A stretch of 32,000 nt of DNA from Desulfocapsa sulfexigens DSM 10523 (lineage in GTDB: Bacteria > Desulfobacterota > Desulfobulbia > Desulfobulbales > Desulfocapsaceae): positions 1,380,001-1,412,000 of the forward strand of contig NC_020304.1 in NCBI RefSeq assembly GCF_000341395.1. Direction: 5' to 3'. Of this stretch, positions 8,043 through 17,962 are shown piece after piece. The translations under genes were made by a program, and so were the position numbers. The notes beneath the pieces were generated by a model. That model was not told where the DNA came from and ran no database searches. It saw nothing but the letters and a program-made list of their open reading frames with translations. Within the stretch, counting starts at the first letter, position 1. Every line of letters begins with the position of its first letter.

Positions 8043-8062
8043 AACAAAAAGGAAACGATAAA

Positions 8063-8800
8063 ATGCTTCTGCATCCAACACTTGAAAAACTCACAACTCT
8101 TCGATTCACCGGCATGGCCGCAGCACTCCAGGAACAGATGGACATGGACACTGCAGATAACCTGGGTTTCGAAGAACGCCTCGGTCTGTTACTTGACCGC
8201 GAGCAGGCGGTCAGGGAAACCAGAAAACTTCAGACCAGACTCAGAAAGGCAAAGCTGCGGCAGGATGGCTCAATCGAGGATGTAGACTTCCGTCATCCGC
8301 GTGGTCTGGATAGGTCACTGGTAACCAGGCTGGCTGACTGCAACTGGATAAAGGAACATACCAATCTGCTTATTACCGGCCCCACTGGAGTCGGCAAATC
8401 CTATCTTGCCTGTGCCTTGGCCCAAAAGGCATGCAGAGAAGGCTATAGTGCTCTCTATCTCCGTCTGAGTAAACTCTTTGAAGATCTGGCTCTTGCCAAG
8501 GGGGATGGCCGTTATCTGAAGTTACTGACTGTCTATTCAAAAACAGATCTATTGGTACTTGATGACTATGGACTGGCCACACTCAACCAGGAGCAACGCC
8601 ATGATTTACTAGAAATACTGGAAGACAGACACGGCCTCAAATCTACCTTGGTAACCAGTCAATTACCGGTAGAGCACTGGCATGAGCGGATCGGAGATCC
8701 GACTTTAGCCGACGCCATTCTTGACCGTCTGGTACATGCCGCTCACAAAATCAAACTGAAAGGAGAATCTATGAGAAAAAAGAAAGCACGCTTGACGTGA
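8063..8800 (+). CDS. istB: IS21-family helper ATPase IstB
   Basis: Walker A 'GPTGVGKS' and Walker B 'LLVLDD'. Sits immediately after istA. Confidence 0.93.
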   Translation: MLLHPTLEKLTTLRFTGMAAALQEQMDMDTADNLGFEERLGLLLDREQAVRETRKLQTRLRKAKLRQDGSIEDVDFRHPRGLDRSLVTRLADCNWIKEHTNLLITGPTGVGKSYLACALAQKACREGYSALYLRLSKLFEDLALAKGDGRYLKLLTVYSKTDLLVLDDYGLATLNQEQRHDLLEILEDRHGLKSTLVTSQLPVEHWHERIGDPTLADAILDRLVHAAHKIKLKGESMRKKKARLT

Positions 8801-8931
8801 GAGCAACACACAGAGTAAGAAGGAAATATTCGCGTCGCTACGCTCCGACACCCTGGCCGGAATCCTCTGGACTGGGTGGCCGCTTTGCCGTGGAATTACT
8901 GGCCGGAATCAAGTGGACTGGGTGGCCGGAT

Positions 8932-9999
8932 TCACTGGAATACGCACTTATGCTTGCCTTCCATGTATTCCTTTGAGCCAAATAGGTTCTGGAGGTCTTC
9001 ATTTGTATACTCTTGCCGCTCCTGATCCGCTCTTTTTTGACTTTTTATCTGGAGCCCTTCTGCTGGATTGTATTGCATGTGTCCATTACGAACAGCGTAG
9101 TTAAACAATCCGCTCAATCGTCTGATATATTTATTGATGGTATTAACAGTAAGAGTCTTCTCAGGCCGAGAATCAATGATCTCTGCGACAGTTTTTCCTT
9201 CGTATCTCGACCCCTTGTTCAGGTTTGGTGGCAATTGCATAAGTATGGATTTATATTCTGTCATTACCTTTCTATCAATTTGCTCCACAGGCAAATCACC
9301 CACAATTCTCATAAACAAGGTAAAAATTGTAAGGTTCTCAGCTTTTGTCTTTTCTGTCCAGTTACCTCCCTTTTCCACTTCAAGTATATAGCTCTCCTCA
9401 ACTTCAGAAAAAGCACTATATTTTGTAGCGTTTAGATTAATGGAACTGCCTTGGAGAATGTTGCGAGGTTTTTTAAATGAAGATGTTAATCCTTCGTCTA
9501 TCAGTTCACAGCAAGCTATTTCACCTCCCACAAGGAGCTTCACTTTTCGCAGGATATTTTGAATATTGTCCTTTGGTGAATGGCTGTTTGAATCAAAATG
9601 CTCCATGGAATCCAAAAGTTGAGTCACAAGCATCAGAATTTCATTATCTTCAGAGACCTCTTCCTTATTGGCAACTTTGGTACCTACGGTTTTAGAAGGA
9701 TGGAACCTGCAATATTCATCCTTTGCCAAGGTATCGCCAATATACTCTTTTACCAAATGCTGAATTTTTTCCTTTGTGAAATTAATGACATTGGTACGAA
9801 TATTCATGAATAGCTGGCGTAGATAGGTAGCAATACAGTTTGCTCGATGCTTAGCTATTCTCGAAATCCCAGTACGAAGGGAATATCTGAACTCACCTTT
9901 ACCGACAACTACTCTTAAATCATTTGGTATACGTATTCTGAAAATGTAACCAGAAGGACTCTGATACATGTACGTTGGACTAGAAACAGAAAAACCCAT
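8932..9999 (-). pseudogene. int: Tyrosine recombinase (phage/island integrase, DUF6538-type N-terminus), truncated by IS21 before the catalytic domain
   Basis: ATG at 9999 with GAGAGG upstream. N-terminal 'YIFRIRIPNDLRVVVGKGEFRYSLRT' and core-binding-like 'INKYIRRLSGLFNYAVRNGHMQYNPAEGL'. The start of the catalytic region is 'YTNEDLQNLF'. The last 4 codons plus the stop (8932-8946) are IS21 sequence. No R..HxxR..Y catalytic motifs are present. Confidence 0.8.
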
Positions 10000-10098
10000 C
10001 TTTATAACCTCTCGTTCATTACCTTGTGGATAATGTGAGTGGATAAAGATAGGTTTCAATGCCCTGAAATCATATTTTACATAATGATTTCAATACTT

Positions 10099-10459
10099 TG
10101 GTGGAGGCGGCGGGAGTCGAACCCGCGTCCAAAAATGCTCCCCTCTCGTATCTACATGCTTAGTCCCGGGCTTTAAGTTTCATGTCAGGGGCCCCGCCGG
10201 AACCAGAGTACACTGACACTATTCTGCTAAATCTTATTCTTATGCCGGCAGACGCAGTAAAAGAACCAGCCCGTTGAGTCGGCGCTCCGGTCCAGCCTTA
10301 CGGGCGAAGGCTGGGGGAACGGCACAGCAGTCTAAGCTGCCAGTGCGTAGTTATAATCGTCGGCGATTATAATTAAAGTACCATCGGTTTTACGAGCAGA
10401 CAGAAAGCTCGGCATGCAACGTAAAGCTTACACATCCCTGTCGAATCCGTTTCGCCCCC
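10099..10459 (-). ncRNA. ssrA: tmRNA (SsrA)
   Basis: 5' end GGGGGCGAAACGGATTCGACAGGG and 3' end GGACGCGGGTTCGACTCCCGCCGCCTCCACCA. The tag ORF GCC GAC GAT TAT AAC TAC GCA CTG GCA GCT TAG (10364-10332) encodes ADDYNYALAA. Confidence 0.95.
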
Positions 10460-10498
10460 ATATTTCTGTTAAATTTTGTGTGGTTATATTAAATTGAC

Positions 10499-10984
10499 TC
10501 AGCCAATCTTGCCATGGCGCATTTCGCGTTGAAGCTCACGGTTGCTCTGTTGTTCTTTAAGAGAGGCCCGTTTGTCGTACTGCTTCTTTCCACGTGCAAG
10601 ACCAAGTTCTATCTTCGCTTTGCCATTCCCTACAAAGTATATCTTCAAAGGAACCAGCGCAAGGCCCTTTTCTTTTAATTTTCCAATTAGTTTGCGCAGC
10701 TCCCGTTTATGAAGCAGGAGTTTTCGTACCCGCATGGGTTCGTTCGGGTTGTGGGTGGCAAAGCTGTACATGGAAATGTGAACGTTGTGCAGATAGAGTT
10801 CGCCCCGAGAATCAATCTGGGCATAGCCATCGCGCAAATTGGCCTTACCGGCCCGCAGTGATTTCACTTCGGGGCCATTCAACACCATACCGGCTTCGTA
10901 CCTGTCATCGATATGATAGTCGTGAAAGGCCTTTTTGTTTTTGCAGACAATTTTGACTGCTCTGTCTGTACCCTTATTTCCCAT
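10499..10984 (-). CDS. smpB: SsrA-binding protein SmpB
   Basis: '[11 protein letters not shown]', 'GPEVKSLR' and 'RKLLLHKRE' are typical SmpB motifs. Lies 39 bp upstream of ssrA. Confidence 0.95.
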   Translation of the reverse strand: MGNKGTDRAVKIVCKNKKAFHDYHIDDRYEAGMVLNGPEVKSLRAGKANLRDGYAQIDSRGELYLHNVHISMYSFATHNPNEPMRVRKLLLHKRELRKLIGKLKEKGLALVPLKIYFVGNGKAKIELGLARGKKQYDKRASLKEQQSNRELQREMRHGKIG

Positions 10985-10995
10985 TTCGGTTTTCT

Positions 10996-12795
10996 TTAGT
11001 CGGCGGTTACCCGCATCGCTTCTTCATAAGTAGTAATTCCTGCCTTTACCTTTTCCCACGCGTCCTCACGTAGAGTAGTCATTCCTTCGCGGATTGCAAG
11101 TTGTCTTATTTCCTCTGCGCTATTTCCGGCACTGACCATCTTTTTCATCTGCTCTGAGAGTGGGAAAATCTCAAAAATACCACATCTGCCCTTGTAGCCG
11201 GTTCCTCTGCATATTCGGCACCCTTTTCCCCGTGAAAGGGTGTAGGTCTCTTTTTCTGCCACGGGAAAGCCAAGTCGGATGAGTTCTGAGCCTTTCATTT
11301 CAAAAGATTCTGAGCAATGGGAACATATGGTTCGCACCAGTCGTTGGGCAAGAGCTCCAAGCAGCGTTGAGGAAATCAGAAATGGCTCGAGGCCCAGGTC
11401 TCTCAGTCTCACAATAGATGAAACCGCATCATTGGTATGCAGGGTAGAGAAGACCAGGTGGCCGGTCATGGCAGCCTGGACTGCATGGGATGCGGTGACA
11501 AAATCACGGATTTCACCGATCATGATGACGTCGGGATCCTGGCGGAGAATATTTCTAAGAATTGTTGAAAAGGTGACATCGATAAGAGGTTGTACGGAGA
11601 TCTGATTGAATGCTTCGTAGACCATTTCCACCGGGTCTTCCACTGTGATGATGTTTCTTTCCGGGGTGGCAATTTTCTCGAGAGTGGAATAGAGGGTGGT
11701 GGATTTTCCAGATCCCGTGGGACCGGTTACCAGAACGATTCCGTGTGGCGACTGGATAAAAGAGTTGTAGACCATGTGATCTCTTTTTGAAAAACCAAGT
11801 TTGTCCAGGTCCTGGAAGATCACATCCGGGTCAAGAATACGCATGACCACTTTTTCCCCAAAGGCTACAGGAACTGTGGAAACACGAACTTCTGCCTCCT
11901 TGCCGCCACTGAGGGAAAGCTTGATGCGTCCATCCTGTGGGCGTCGTTTTTCGGCAATATCAAGGCGAGCCAAAGATTTAATACGGGCAACAATTGCGGA
12001 ATGAACAGCCTTGGGCAGATTATAGATGGTGTGGAGTGTGCCGTCTATCCGGAAACGGATCATGCATTTGTCGCGCTTAGGTTCCACATGGATATCACTG
12101 GCATTTTGATCAAGGGCGTAATTGAAGAGGTGGTTCACTGCCGACTTGATGTGTTGATCAGATGAGGATATTTCCTTCGTTGAGGATATTTTTACAAATT
12201 GCTCAAGGTTGCCTATATCGACTGAGCCGCCAACTCCCGGGCCTTTGAACTGATCTTCGGCGGCACTGATAGAGCGCTGAAAACCAAAAAATTCGGAAAG
12301 GATTTTTATAATATCGGATTTTGGGGTGATATAGGCCTTAATTTTTACCTGATTTGCCTGTTCGATATCTTTTAAAACTGTCTGGTTATCAGGGTGATAG
12401 ACGGCAACTTCGAGAATTCCATTCTGGAAGTTGAAGGGCAATAGCAGATGGCTGATGGCAAAGTTTTTCGGTATACTTTTGGTGACTACTTCCATGTCGA
12501 GATCAAGCGGATCCAGTTTCTTAAAAGGGAGACCACAGGATTGACTGACTGCCAGCATTATGCTTTCTTCATCAAGAGGGGTATCTTTTTTCCCCCCTGC
12601 ATCCAGCTTCAGGGAGATGATAATATCAACGAGATCTGGAAAGTTCCGGTCAAAGGTTTTGTCAGCACCGAATTGTTTCAGGAGTTTTTGGCGCTGTTTC
12701 CCCTTCTCAAGGGTGATGAATTGCCGCTGTTTTTTTGTGATGAGACCCTTTTTGCTGAGGATATCCAGCAAAGTGTCGCTGTTGAGAAGTGCCAT
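10996..12795 (-). CDS. GspE/PulE/PilB-family secretion ATPase
   Basis: Walker A 'GPTGSGKST', 'IMIGEIRD', '[12 protein letters not shown]', and a C-terminal tetracysteine 'CSHC...[17 protein letters not shown]'. Confidence 0.9.
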   Translation of the reverse strand: MALLNSDTLLDILSKKGLITKKQRQFITLEKGKQRQKLLKQFGADKTFDRNFPDLVDIIISLKLDAGGKKDTPLDEESIMLAVSQSCGLPFKKLDPLDLDMEVVTKSIPKNFAISHLLLPFNFQNGILEVAVYHPDNQTVLKDIEQANQVKIKAYITPKSDIIKILSEFFGFQRSISAAEDQFKGPGVGGSVDIGNLEQFVKISSTKEISSSDQHIKSAVNHLFNYALDQNASDIHVEPKRDKCMIRFRIDGTLHTIYNLPKAVHSAIVARIKSLARLDIAEKRRPQDGRIKLSLSGGKEAEVRVSTVPVAFGEKVVMRILDPDVIFQDLDKLGFSKRDHMVYNSFIQSPHGIVLVTGPTGSGKSTTLYSTLEKIATPERNIITVEDPVEMVYEAFNQISVQPLIDVTFSTILRNILRQDPDVIMIGEIRDFVTASHAVQAAMTGHLVFSTLHTNDAVSSIVRLRDLGLEPFLISSTLLGALAQRLVRTICSHCSESFEMKGSELIRLGFPVAEKETYTLSRGKGCRICRGTGYKGRCGIFEIFPLSEQMKKMVSAGNSAEEIRQLAIREGMTTLREDAWEKVKAGITTYEEAMRVTAD

Positions 12796-13170
12796 GTAAT
12801 GCTCACGGATAGAGTATTGTTCTAAAAATGGTAAACCTTAAGTAAGACGATGCCCAGTTCAGTATCTCCTTGGGGGAGGGAAATGCCTCGGGTAAATTGT
12901 TTTCTTTCGGGAGAACCCGGAAACAAATTGAGGCATGCCAGGGGAGATTACATCTATACTTCCTGTATTCTGTTCTTTTTTCTACACTTTATCAAGAAGA
13001 AAACCTCACGAAGCTAAGCCACTGTCACGCTCCTCCAATTCCGGGTCTGGATGAAATTACCGATGCATCGGAAACTGTTATCGTTGAACTCTGATAGCTA
13101 TCTGGTATAAACTGCGTTATGTGTAGTTTCAAACTCAATATGAACACTAATTATATTTCGGGAACCAGCT

Positions 13171-16100
13171 ATGTCATCCATTGTCAGCCAGTTATATCGT
13201 AAGACCAGCGAGAACAGAGAGTACTGTTTTAATGTTGAATCCAGTCGTCCTCTGACCCCGGAGGAACAGAGTCGTCTGCGATTGATTCTGGCCGATGGTT
13301 TTCTGGAAAATTCAGTCACGACGGATCCTCTGCTTGCGGGGGACAGGGTGGTGGAGATGGGTCCAAGGCTCAATTTTGCCACGGCCTGGTCTTCTAATAT
13401 GGTCTCGATCTGTAAGGCCACCGGACTTGAATGTGTGTCGAGGGTCGAGCGTTCCCGCAGATATCTGGTGGACAGTTCGCAGGATCTTCAGGAATTTGTA
13501 CGGGACAATCATGATCGGATGACAGAGTGCCCCTATCCGGAAGCTCTTTCCACCTTCGAGACAGGGATTCAGCCGGAAGCTGTCTATGATGTCGATATGA
13601 AGGGAGGTGGTCCTGACGCCCTTCTTGATATTCCGGGTATTTCCATGGACGAGCGGGACCGGAATTTTTATTACGATTATTTTGTGAACAAGCATGACCG
13701 TAATCCCACCATTGTAGAGATTATGGATCTGAATAATGCCAACTCCGAGCATTCACGGCACGGTTTTTTCCGCGGCCGTCAGGTGATTGATGGTGAGGAA
13801 CAGAAAGAAAACCTCTTTGAGCTGGTTATTGAAACATTAAAGCAGAACCCCAAGGGCAGTCTGGTTGCTTTCAAGGATAATTCAAGTGTGGTCTCGGGAC
13901 ATGATATCCATACCATTATGCCAGAGACCCCCGGTGTTCCCTGTGCCTTAAAGGAAAGTGATGTGACATACCATGTGTTGCTGACCGCCGAGACCCACAA
14001 CTTTCCTACGGGTGTTGCACCATTTCCCGGAGCTGAAACAGGAACGGGTGGCCGTATTCGTGACGTCCAGGGAACGGGAAAAGGTGGTTTTGTCATTGCC
14101 GGAACCACCGGCTACTGTGTGGCAAACCTTCATATCCCCGGTTACACCCTTCCATGGGAAAACAGCTACCAGTGTCCTGAGAATCTGGCATCGGCGCTGG
14201 ATATTGAAATAGAGGCGAGTAATGGTGCCTCCGATTACGGGAATAAATTTGGTGAACCCATGATTCAGGGGTTTACCCGTTCCTTTGATCTGCGCCTTGA
14301 AAATGGCGAACGTTGGGGATTTTTAAAACCCATTATGTTCACCGGTGGTATCGGCCAGATTGATGCCCGGCACACGGAAAAGGATAAGGAACTGAAGGGT
14401 ATGAAGATCGTTCAGGTGGGCGGTCCAGCCTACCGGGTCGGTTTTGGCGGCGGCGCTGCCTCGTCCATGCTCCAGGGCGAAAATGCCTCTGAGCTTGATT
14501 TTAATGCCGTGCAGCGCGGTGATGCTGAGATGGAACAGAAGATGAACCGTGTCATCCGTGCCTGTAACGAGATGGGTGATAAAACCATTATCGATGTTAT
14601 CCATGATCAGGGCGCTGGCGGGCCTGCCAATGTGTTGAAAGAGCTTGTTGAGCATTCCGGCGGCTATATCGAGATCCGCAAAATGCGGGTGGGTGATCCC
14701 ACCATGTCGGTACTGGAAATCTATGTGGCGGAGTATCAGGAACGAAACGGTTTTTTGATCAGTCCTGAGAATATTGACCGGTTTCAGGCAATATGTGAAC
14801 GGGAAAAGGTGGGCTGTGAGGTGCTTGGTGAAGTGACCGGCGACCTGCAGTTTGTGGTTCATGATGAGCTTGATGGTTCTACTCCTGTGGATATAGACCT
14901 TTCGGAACTGCTTGGTGATATCCCGGTCAAGACCTTTGAGGACAGTCGTTCCCGGCCACAGTTGAAGCCTTTGGATCTGCCCGGTGATTTGACCGTAGGT
15001 GCTGCACTGCACGATGTACTGCGCCTGGTTTCCGTCGGCTCCAAACGCTTTCTGACCAATAAGGTTGACAGGGCTGTTACCGGGCTTATTGCCAGGCAGC
15101 AGTGCTGCGGGCCGCTGCAGCTTACGGTGAGTGATGTGGCAGTGGTTGCCCAGTCTCATTTCAGTTTGAGTGGTGGCGCCACAGCCATCGGGGAGCAGCC
15201 CATCAAGATGCTGGTCGATCCTGCAAAGGGTGCCCGGATGGCCGTTGGGGAATCTCTTACCAACCTTGTCTGGGCAAAGATTGATGATCTGGAACAGGTA
15301 AAGTGTTCGGCCAACTGGATGTGGGCTCCGAAACTGCCGGGAGAAGGAGCTGCACTCTATGATGCCGCCAAGGGTATGTGTGATGCCATGATAGCCGTGG
15401 GTATGGCTGTGGACGGTGGCAAGGACAGCCTTTCAATGGCTACAATGGTCGGGGATGAGACTGTTAAATCGCCCCGGGAACTTGTGATTTCTGCCTATGC
15501 GGCCATGAGCGATATTACCGCCGTTGTGACACCGGATCTTAAACGGGCCGGTGCCTCGTCACTGCTCTTTATCGATCTTGGCAATGGGAAAAACAGGCTG
15601 GGTGGTTCGGCTCTGGCCCAGACCAGGTCACTTCTCGGGAATGATTGCCCCGATATGGAAGATCCAGCTGCTGTGAAAAATGCATTTCTTGCAGTGCAGG
15701 ATGCAATTGGGAAAGGTCTGCTTACGGCAGGACACGACAGGAGTGATGGTGGTCTGGTGACAACTGTTCTTGAAATGGCTTTCTCTGGAAACTGTGGTCT
15801 GGATATTGATCTGCAATCAACTGATTCTCCTCTGGCAACCCTGTTCTCCGAAGAATTGGGGCTGGTCCTCGAATGTGGTGATGAGACGCTGAACGATCTG
15901 CAACAGGTCCTTGCCGGGTATGATGTCGATTCCGTTGTTCTTGGACGGAGCGTCAAGGAGAAGCAGATTACGATCCGTATAAACGGAGAAATTGTTCTCG
16001 ATGAAGATATGCGCAAGCTTCGGGAAAACTGGGAAGAGACAAGCTATCAGCTTGAACGCCTCCAGATTGTACCGGACTGTGCAGATCAGGAGAAGAAAAA

Positions 16101-16974
16101 TTGTTACGATCGTAAGGGACCTGCCTATCATCTGAGCTTTACGCCCGAGCCTGCACCGGCCGAGCTTCTAGCAAAAACGGACAAACCAAAAGTTGCCATC
16201 CTGCGTGACGAGGGTTCCAACTCCGATCGTGAAATGAGTTCGGCGTTTTACGCTGCAGGTTTTGAGCCCTGGGACATCACCATGAGTGATCTTCTTGCGG
16301 GCCGGATAACTCTGGATGGTTTCAGGGGTATTGCTGCAGTGGGCGGCTTTTCCTATGCCGATGTGCCGGAATCAGCCAAGGGCTGGGCTGCCACCATTCG
16401 TTTTAACGATACTCTGAAAAAGATGTTCCGGGAATTCTACGAGCGTCCTGATACCTTCAGCCTTGGTATATGCAATGGCTGTCAGCTCTTTGGTCTGCTT
16501 GGTCTGGTTCCATGGCAGGATATTGAAGCGGAAAAACAGCCCCGTTTTATCCATAATCTCTCGGGCCGTTTTGAGTCTCGCTGGTCTACGGTAAAGGTTG
16601 AAAAAAGTCCTGCACTTATGTTGAAAGGTATGGAAGGGCTGGTCTTTGGTATTCATGTGGATCATGGAGAAGGGCATCTTACATTTCCAGATTCGGCAGT
16701 AAAAGAGCGGGTTCTTGCAGAAAATCTGGCCCCCATTTGCTATGTGGATGATGATGGAAACGCCACTGAATCCTATCCTTTTAATCCAAACGGCTCGCCA
16801 GGTGGACTGGCTGGTCTTTGTTCACCAGATGGCCGTCATCTCGCCATGATGCCTCATCCGGAACGTGTTTTCCTGGCCTGGCAGGCACATTATCTTCCCG
16901 AAGATATGAAGGGGTTGAAGGTGACTCCCTGGATGCAGATGTTCCGCAATGCTTACGAGTGGTGCCAAAACTAG
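13171..16974 (+). CDS. purL: Phosphoribosylformylglycinamidine (FGAM) synthase, single-chain large form
   Basis: 1267 aa. Internal FGAM synthase repeats, then a C-terminal glutaminase domain with 'LGICNGCQLF' and 'MPHPER'. Confidence 0.95.
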   Translation: MSSIVSQLYRKTSENREYCFNVESSRPLTPEEQSRLRLILADGFLENSVTTDPLLAGDRVVEMGPRLNFATAWSSNMVSICKATGLECVSRVERSRRYLVDSSQDLQEFVRDNHDRMTECPYPEALSTFETGIQPEAVYDVDMKGGGPDALLDIPGISMDERDRNFYYDYFVNKHDRNPTIVEIMDLNNANSEHSRHGFFRGRQVIDGEEQKENLFELVIETLKQNPKGSLVAFKDNSSVVSGHDIHTIMPETPGVPCALKESDVTYHVLLTAETHNFPTGVAPFPGAETGTGGRIRDVQGTGKGGFVIAGTTGYCVANLHIPGYTLPWENSYQCPENLASALDIEIEASNGASDYGNKFGEPMIQGFTRSFDLRLENGERWGFLKPIMFTGGIGQIDARHTEKDKELKGMKIVQVGGPAYRVGFGGGAASSMLQGENASELDFNAVQRGDAEMEQKMNRVIRACNEMGDKTIIDVIHDQGAGGPANVLKELVEHSGGYIEIRKMRVGDPTMSVLEIYVAEYQERNGFLISPENIDRFQAICEREKVGCEVLGEVTGDLQFVVHDELDGSTPVDIDLSELLGDIPVKTFEDSRSRPQLKPLDLPGDLTVGAALHDVLRLVSVGSKRFLTNKVDRAVTGLIARQQCCGPLQLTVSDVAVVAQSHFSLSGGATAIGEQPIKMLVDPAKGARMAVGESLTNLVWAKIDDLEQVKCSANWMWAPKLPGEGAALYDAAKGMCDAMIAVGMAVDGGKDSLSMATMVGDETVKSPRELVISAYAAMSDITAVVTPDLKRAGASSLLFIDLGNGKNRLGGSALAQTRSLLGNDCPDMEDPAAVKNAFLAVQDAIGKGLLTAGHDRSDGGLVTTVLEMAFSGNCGLDIDLQSTDSPLATLFSEELGLVLECGDETLNDLQQVLAGYDVDSVVLGRSVKEKQITIRINGEIVLDEDMRKLRENWEETSYQLERLQIVPDCADQEKKNCYDRKGPAYHLSFTPEPAPAELLAKTDKPKVAILRDEGSNSDREMSSAFYAAGFEPWDITMSDLLAGRITLDGFRGIAAVGGFSYADVPESAKGWAATIRFNDTLKKMFREFYERPDTFSLGICNGCQLFGLLGLVPWQDIEAEKQPRFIHNLSGRFESRWSTVKVEKSPALMLKGMEGLVFGIHVDHGEGHLTFPDSAVKERVLAENLAPICYVDDDGNATESYPFNPNGSPGGLAGLCSPDGRHLAMMPHPERVFLAWQAHYLPEDMKGLKVTPWMQMFRNAYEWCQN

Positions 16975-17014
16975 AATTACAGCAGTAAATTACGTGTTAC
17001 AGGCAGGGTAAAAT

Positions 17015-17890
17015 ATGGCAACAGGGTTTTTTGCAGTATTTGATGATATCGCAACGCTTTTAGATGATGCCGCAGCAATGACAAAGATTGCTACGAAGAA
17101 AACGGCGGGAATTCTGGGTGACGATCTCGCAGTGAATGCAGAAAAGGCTTCGGGGTTTGTTGCCTCACGCGAGATTCCCGTCTTGTGGGCTATTGCCAAA
17201 GGGTCTTTTTTAAACAAACTGATGATCCTGCCTTTTGCGTTTTTATTAAGTGCGTTTTTGCCATGGAGCATTGTACCGATCTTAATGATTGGAGGAATAT
17301 ATCTGGCATTTGAAGGTGCTGAGAAGATATACGAGTATTTTTTTCCACATTCTCACAAGAAGACAACGGAGATACAGCAGAACCTGACCAGAGAACAGAT
17401 TCTCAGTATAGAAAAAAAGAAGATCAAGTCGGCAATTATTACTGACTTTATACTTTCAATTGAAATCATAGTTATTGCCCTGGGAACCGTGGTGGACAAG
17501 AGTATTCCTGTGCAAATTGTGGCAGTGTCAATTGTTGCAATGCTTGCCACCGTTGGTGTATATGGAGTTGTTGCCCTTATCGTCCGCTTGGATGATGTTG
17601 GTTTCAAACTTATTGAAATAGCAGGTGACAGTCAAAAATTACTGAGTAAGGCAGGAGAATTACTTGTTCAGGCGTTACCTATAGTTATCCGCACATTGAC
17701 CGTCGTTGGCACCCTGGCTATGCTTCTCGTTGCCGGTGGTATTTTTATGCACAATGTGCATCAGATTCATGATGCATTACACACTCTTCCCAGCATTTTA
17801 GGTGAGTTGCTTACAGGTGCCGTTGTTGGAGTCATGGCACTTCTGGTGGAAAAGAGCTTTATGAGAATTTTTCGCCCGCGCCTCATATAA
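17015..17890 (+). CDS. DUF808 (YedI-like) inner membrane protein
   Basis: The N-terminus 'FFAVFDDIATLLDDAAAMTKIATKKTAGILGDDLAVNAEK' is characteristic of DUF808. Several hydrophobic segments follow. Confidence 0.8.
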   Translation: MATGFFAVFDDIATLLDDAAAMTKIATKKTAGILGDDLAVNAEKASGFVASREIPVLWAIAKGSFLNKLMILPFAFLLSAFLPWSIVPILMIGGIYLAFEGAEKIYEYFFPHSHKKTTEIQQNLTREQILSIEKKKIKSAIITDFILSIEIIVIALGTVVDKSIPVQIVAVSIVAMLATVGVYGVVALIVRLDDVGFKLIEIAGDSQKLLSKAGELLVQALPIVIRTLTVVGTLAMLLVAGGIFMHNVHQIHDALHTLPSILGELLTGAVVGVMALLVEKSFMRIFRPRLI

Positions 17891-17929
17891 TCAGACATTC
17901 GATGATTAAGAAAACCTGATTACCACTAA

Positions 17930-17962
17930 TCCTCAGCCTACCCACCTGAGGAGGAGTTTTTT
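17930..17962 (+). terminator. Putative rho-independent terminator of the DUF808 gene
   Basis: Stem TCCTCAG (17930-17936) / CTGAGGA (17946-17952), followed by GGAG and T6 (17957-17962). Confidence 0.5.

Larger units (their letters stand above)
6297..8946 (+). mobile_element. Complete IS21-family insertion sequence (istA-istB)
   Basis: Termini are TGCATATTCCAG (6297-6308) and the reverse complement of TGCGTATTCCAG (8935-8946), giving TG...CA ends. Multiple sub-terminal copies of the ATTCCGGCCAC(C/T)GATTCCA-like motif occur at both ends (6311-6412 and 8853-8934), as is typical for IS21. Two genes, istA and istB. Confidence 0.88.

Noticed and set aside
1-10098. Distal attachment-site repeat of the tmRNA 3' end that would delimit the island
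   Set aside because: By-eye scanning found no second copy of the ssrA 3' segment in this interval. The only partial matches (about 6423-6440 and 8830-8850) are internal IS21 inverted-repeat sequence. The boundary cannot be called from this window.
12700-12795. Possible MshEN-type c-di-GMP-binding motif at the N-terminus of the GspE/PilB-like ATPase ('[27 protein letters not shown]')
   Set aside because: Only the central G-L-I part fits the RLGxx(L/V/I)(L/V/I)xxG(L/V/I)(L/V/I)xxxxLxxxLxxQ consensus. The leading RLG and the downstream Leu/Gln positions are not conserved.
12870-13094. 74-codon ORF in the ATPase-purL intergenic region
   Set aside because: It has no RBS or recognisable motif and sits in a divergent promoter or leader region. 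I also looked for purine or ZTP riboswitch-like conserved cores upstream of purL and saw none.
13295-16677. Numerous 60-280-codon ORFs, mostly antisense but some on the sense strand in other frames, inside purL; similar ones occur inside istA, the COG1579 gene and the M20 gene
   Set aside because: They are embedded in well-supported long genes and show biased, repetitive amino-acid composition typical of off-frame translation. None has independent start signals.
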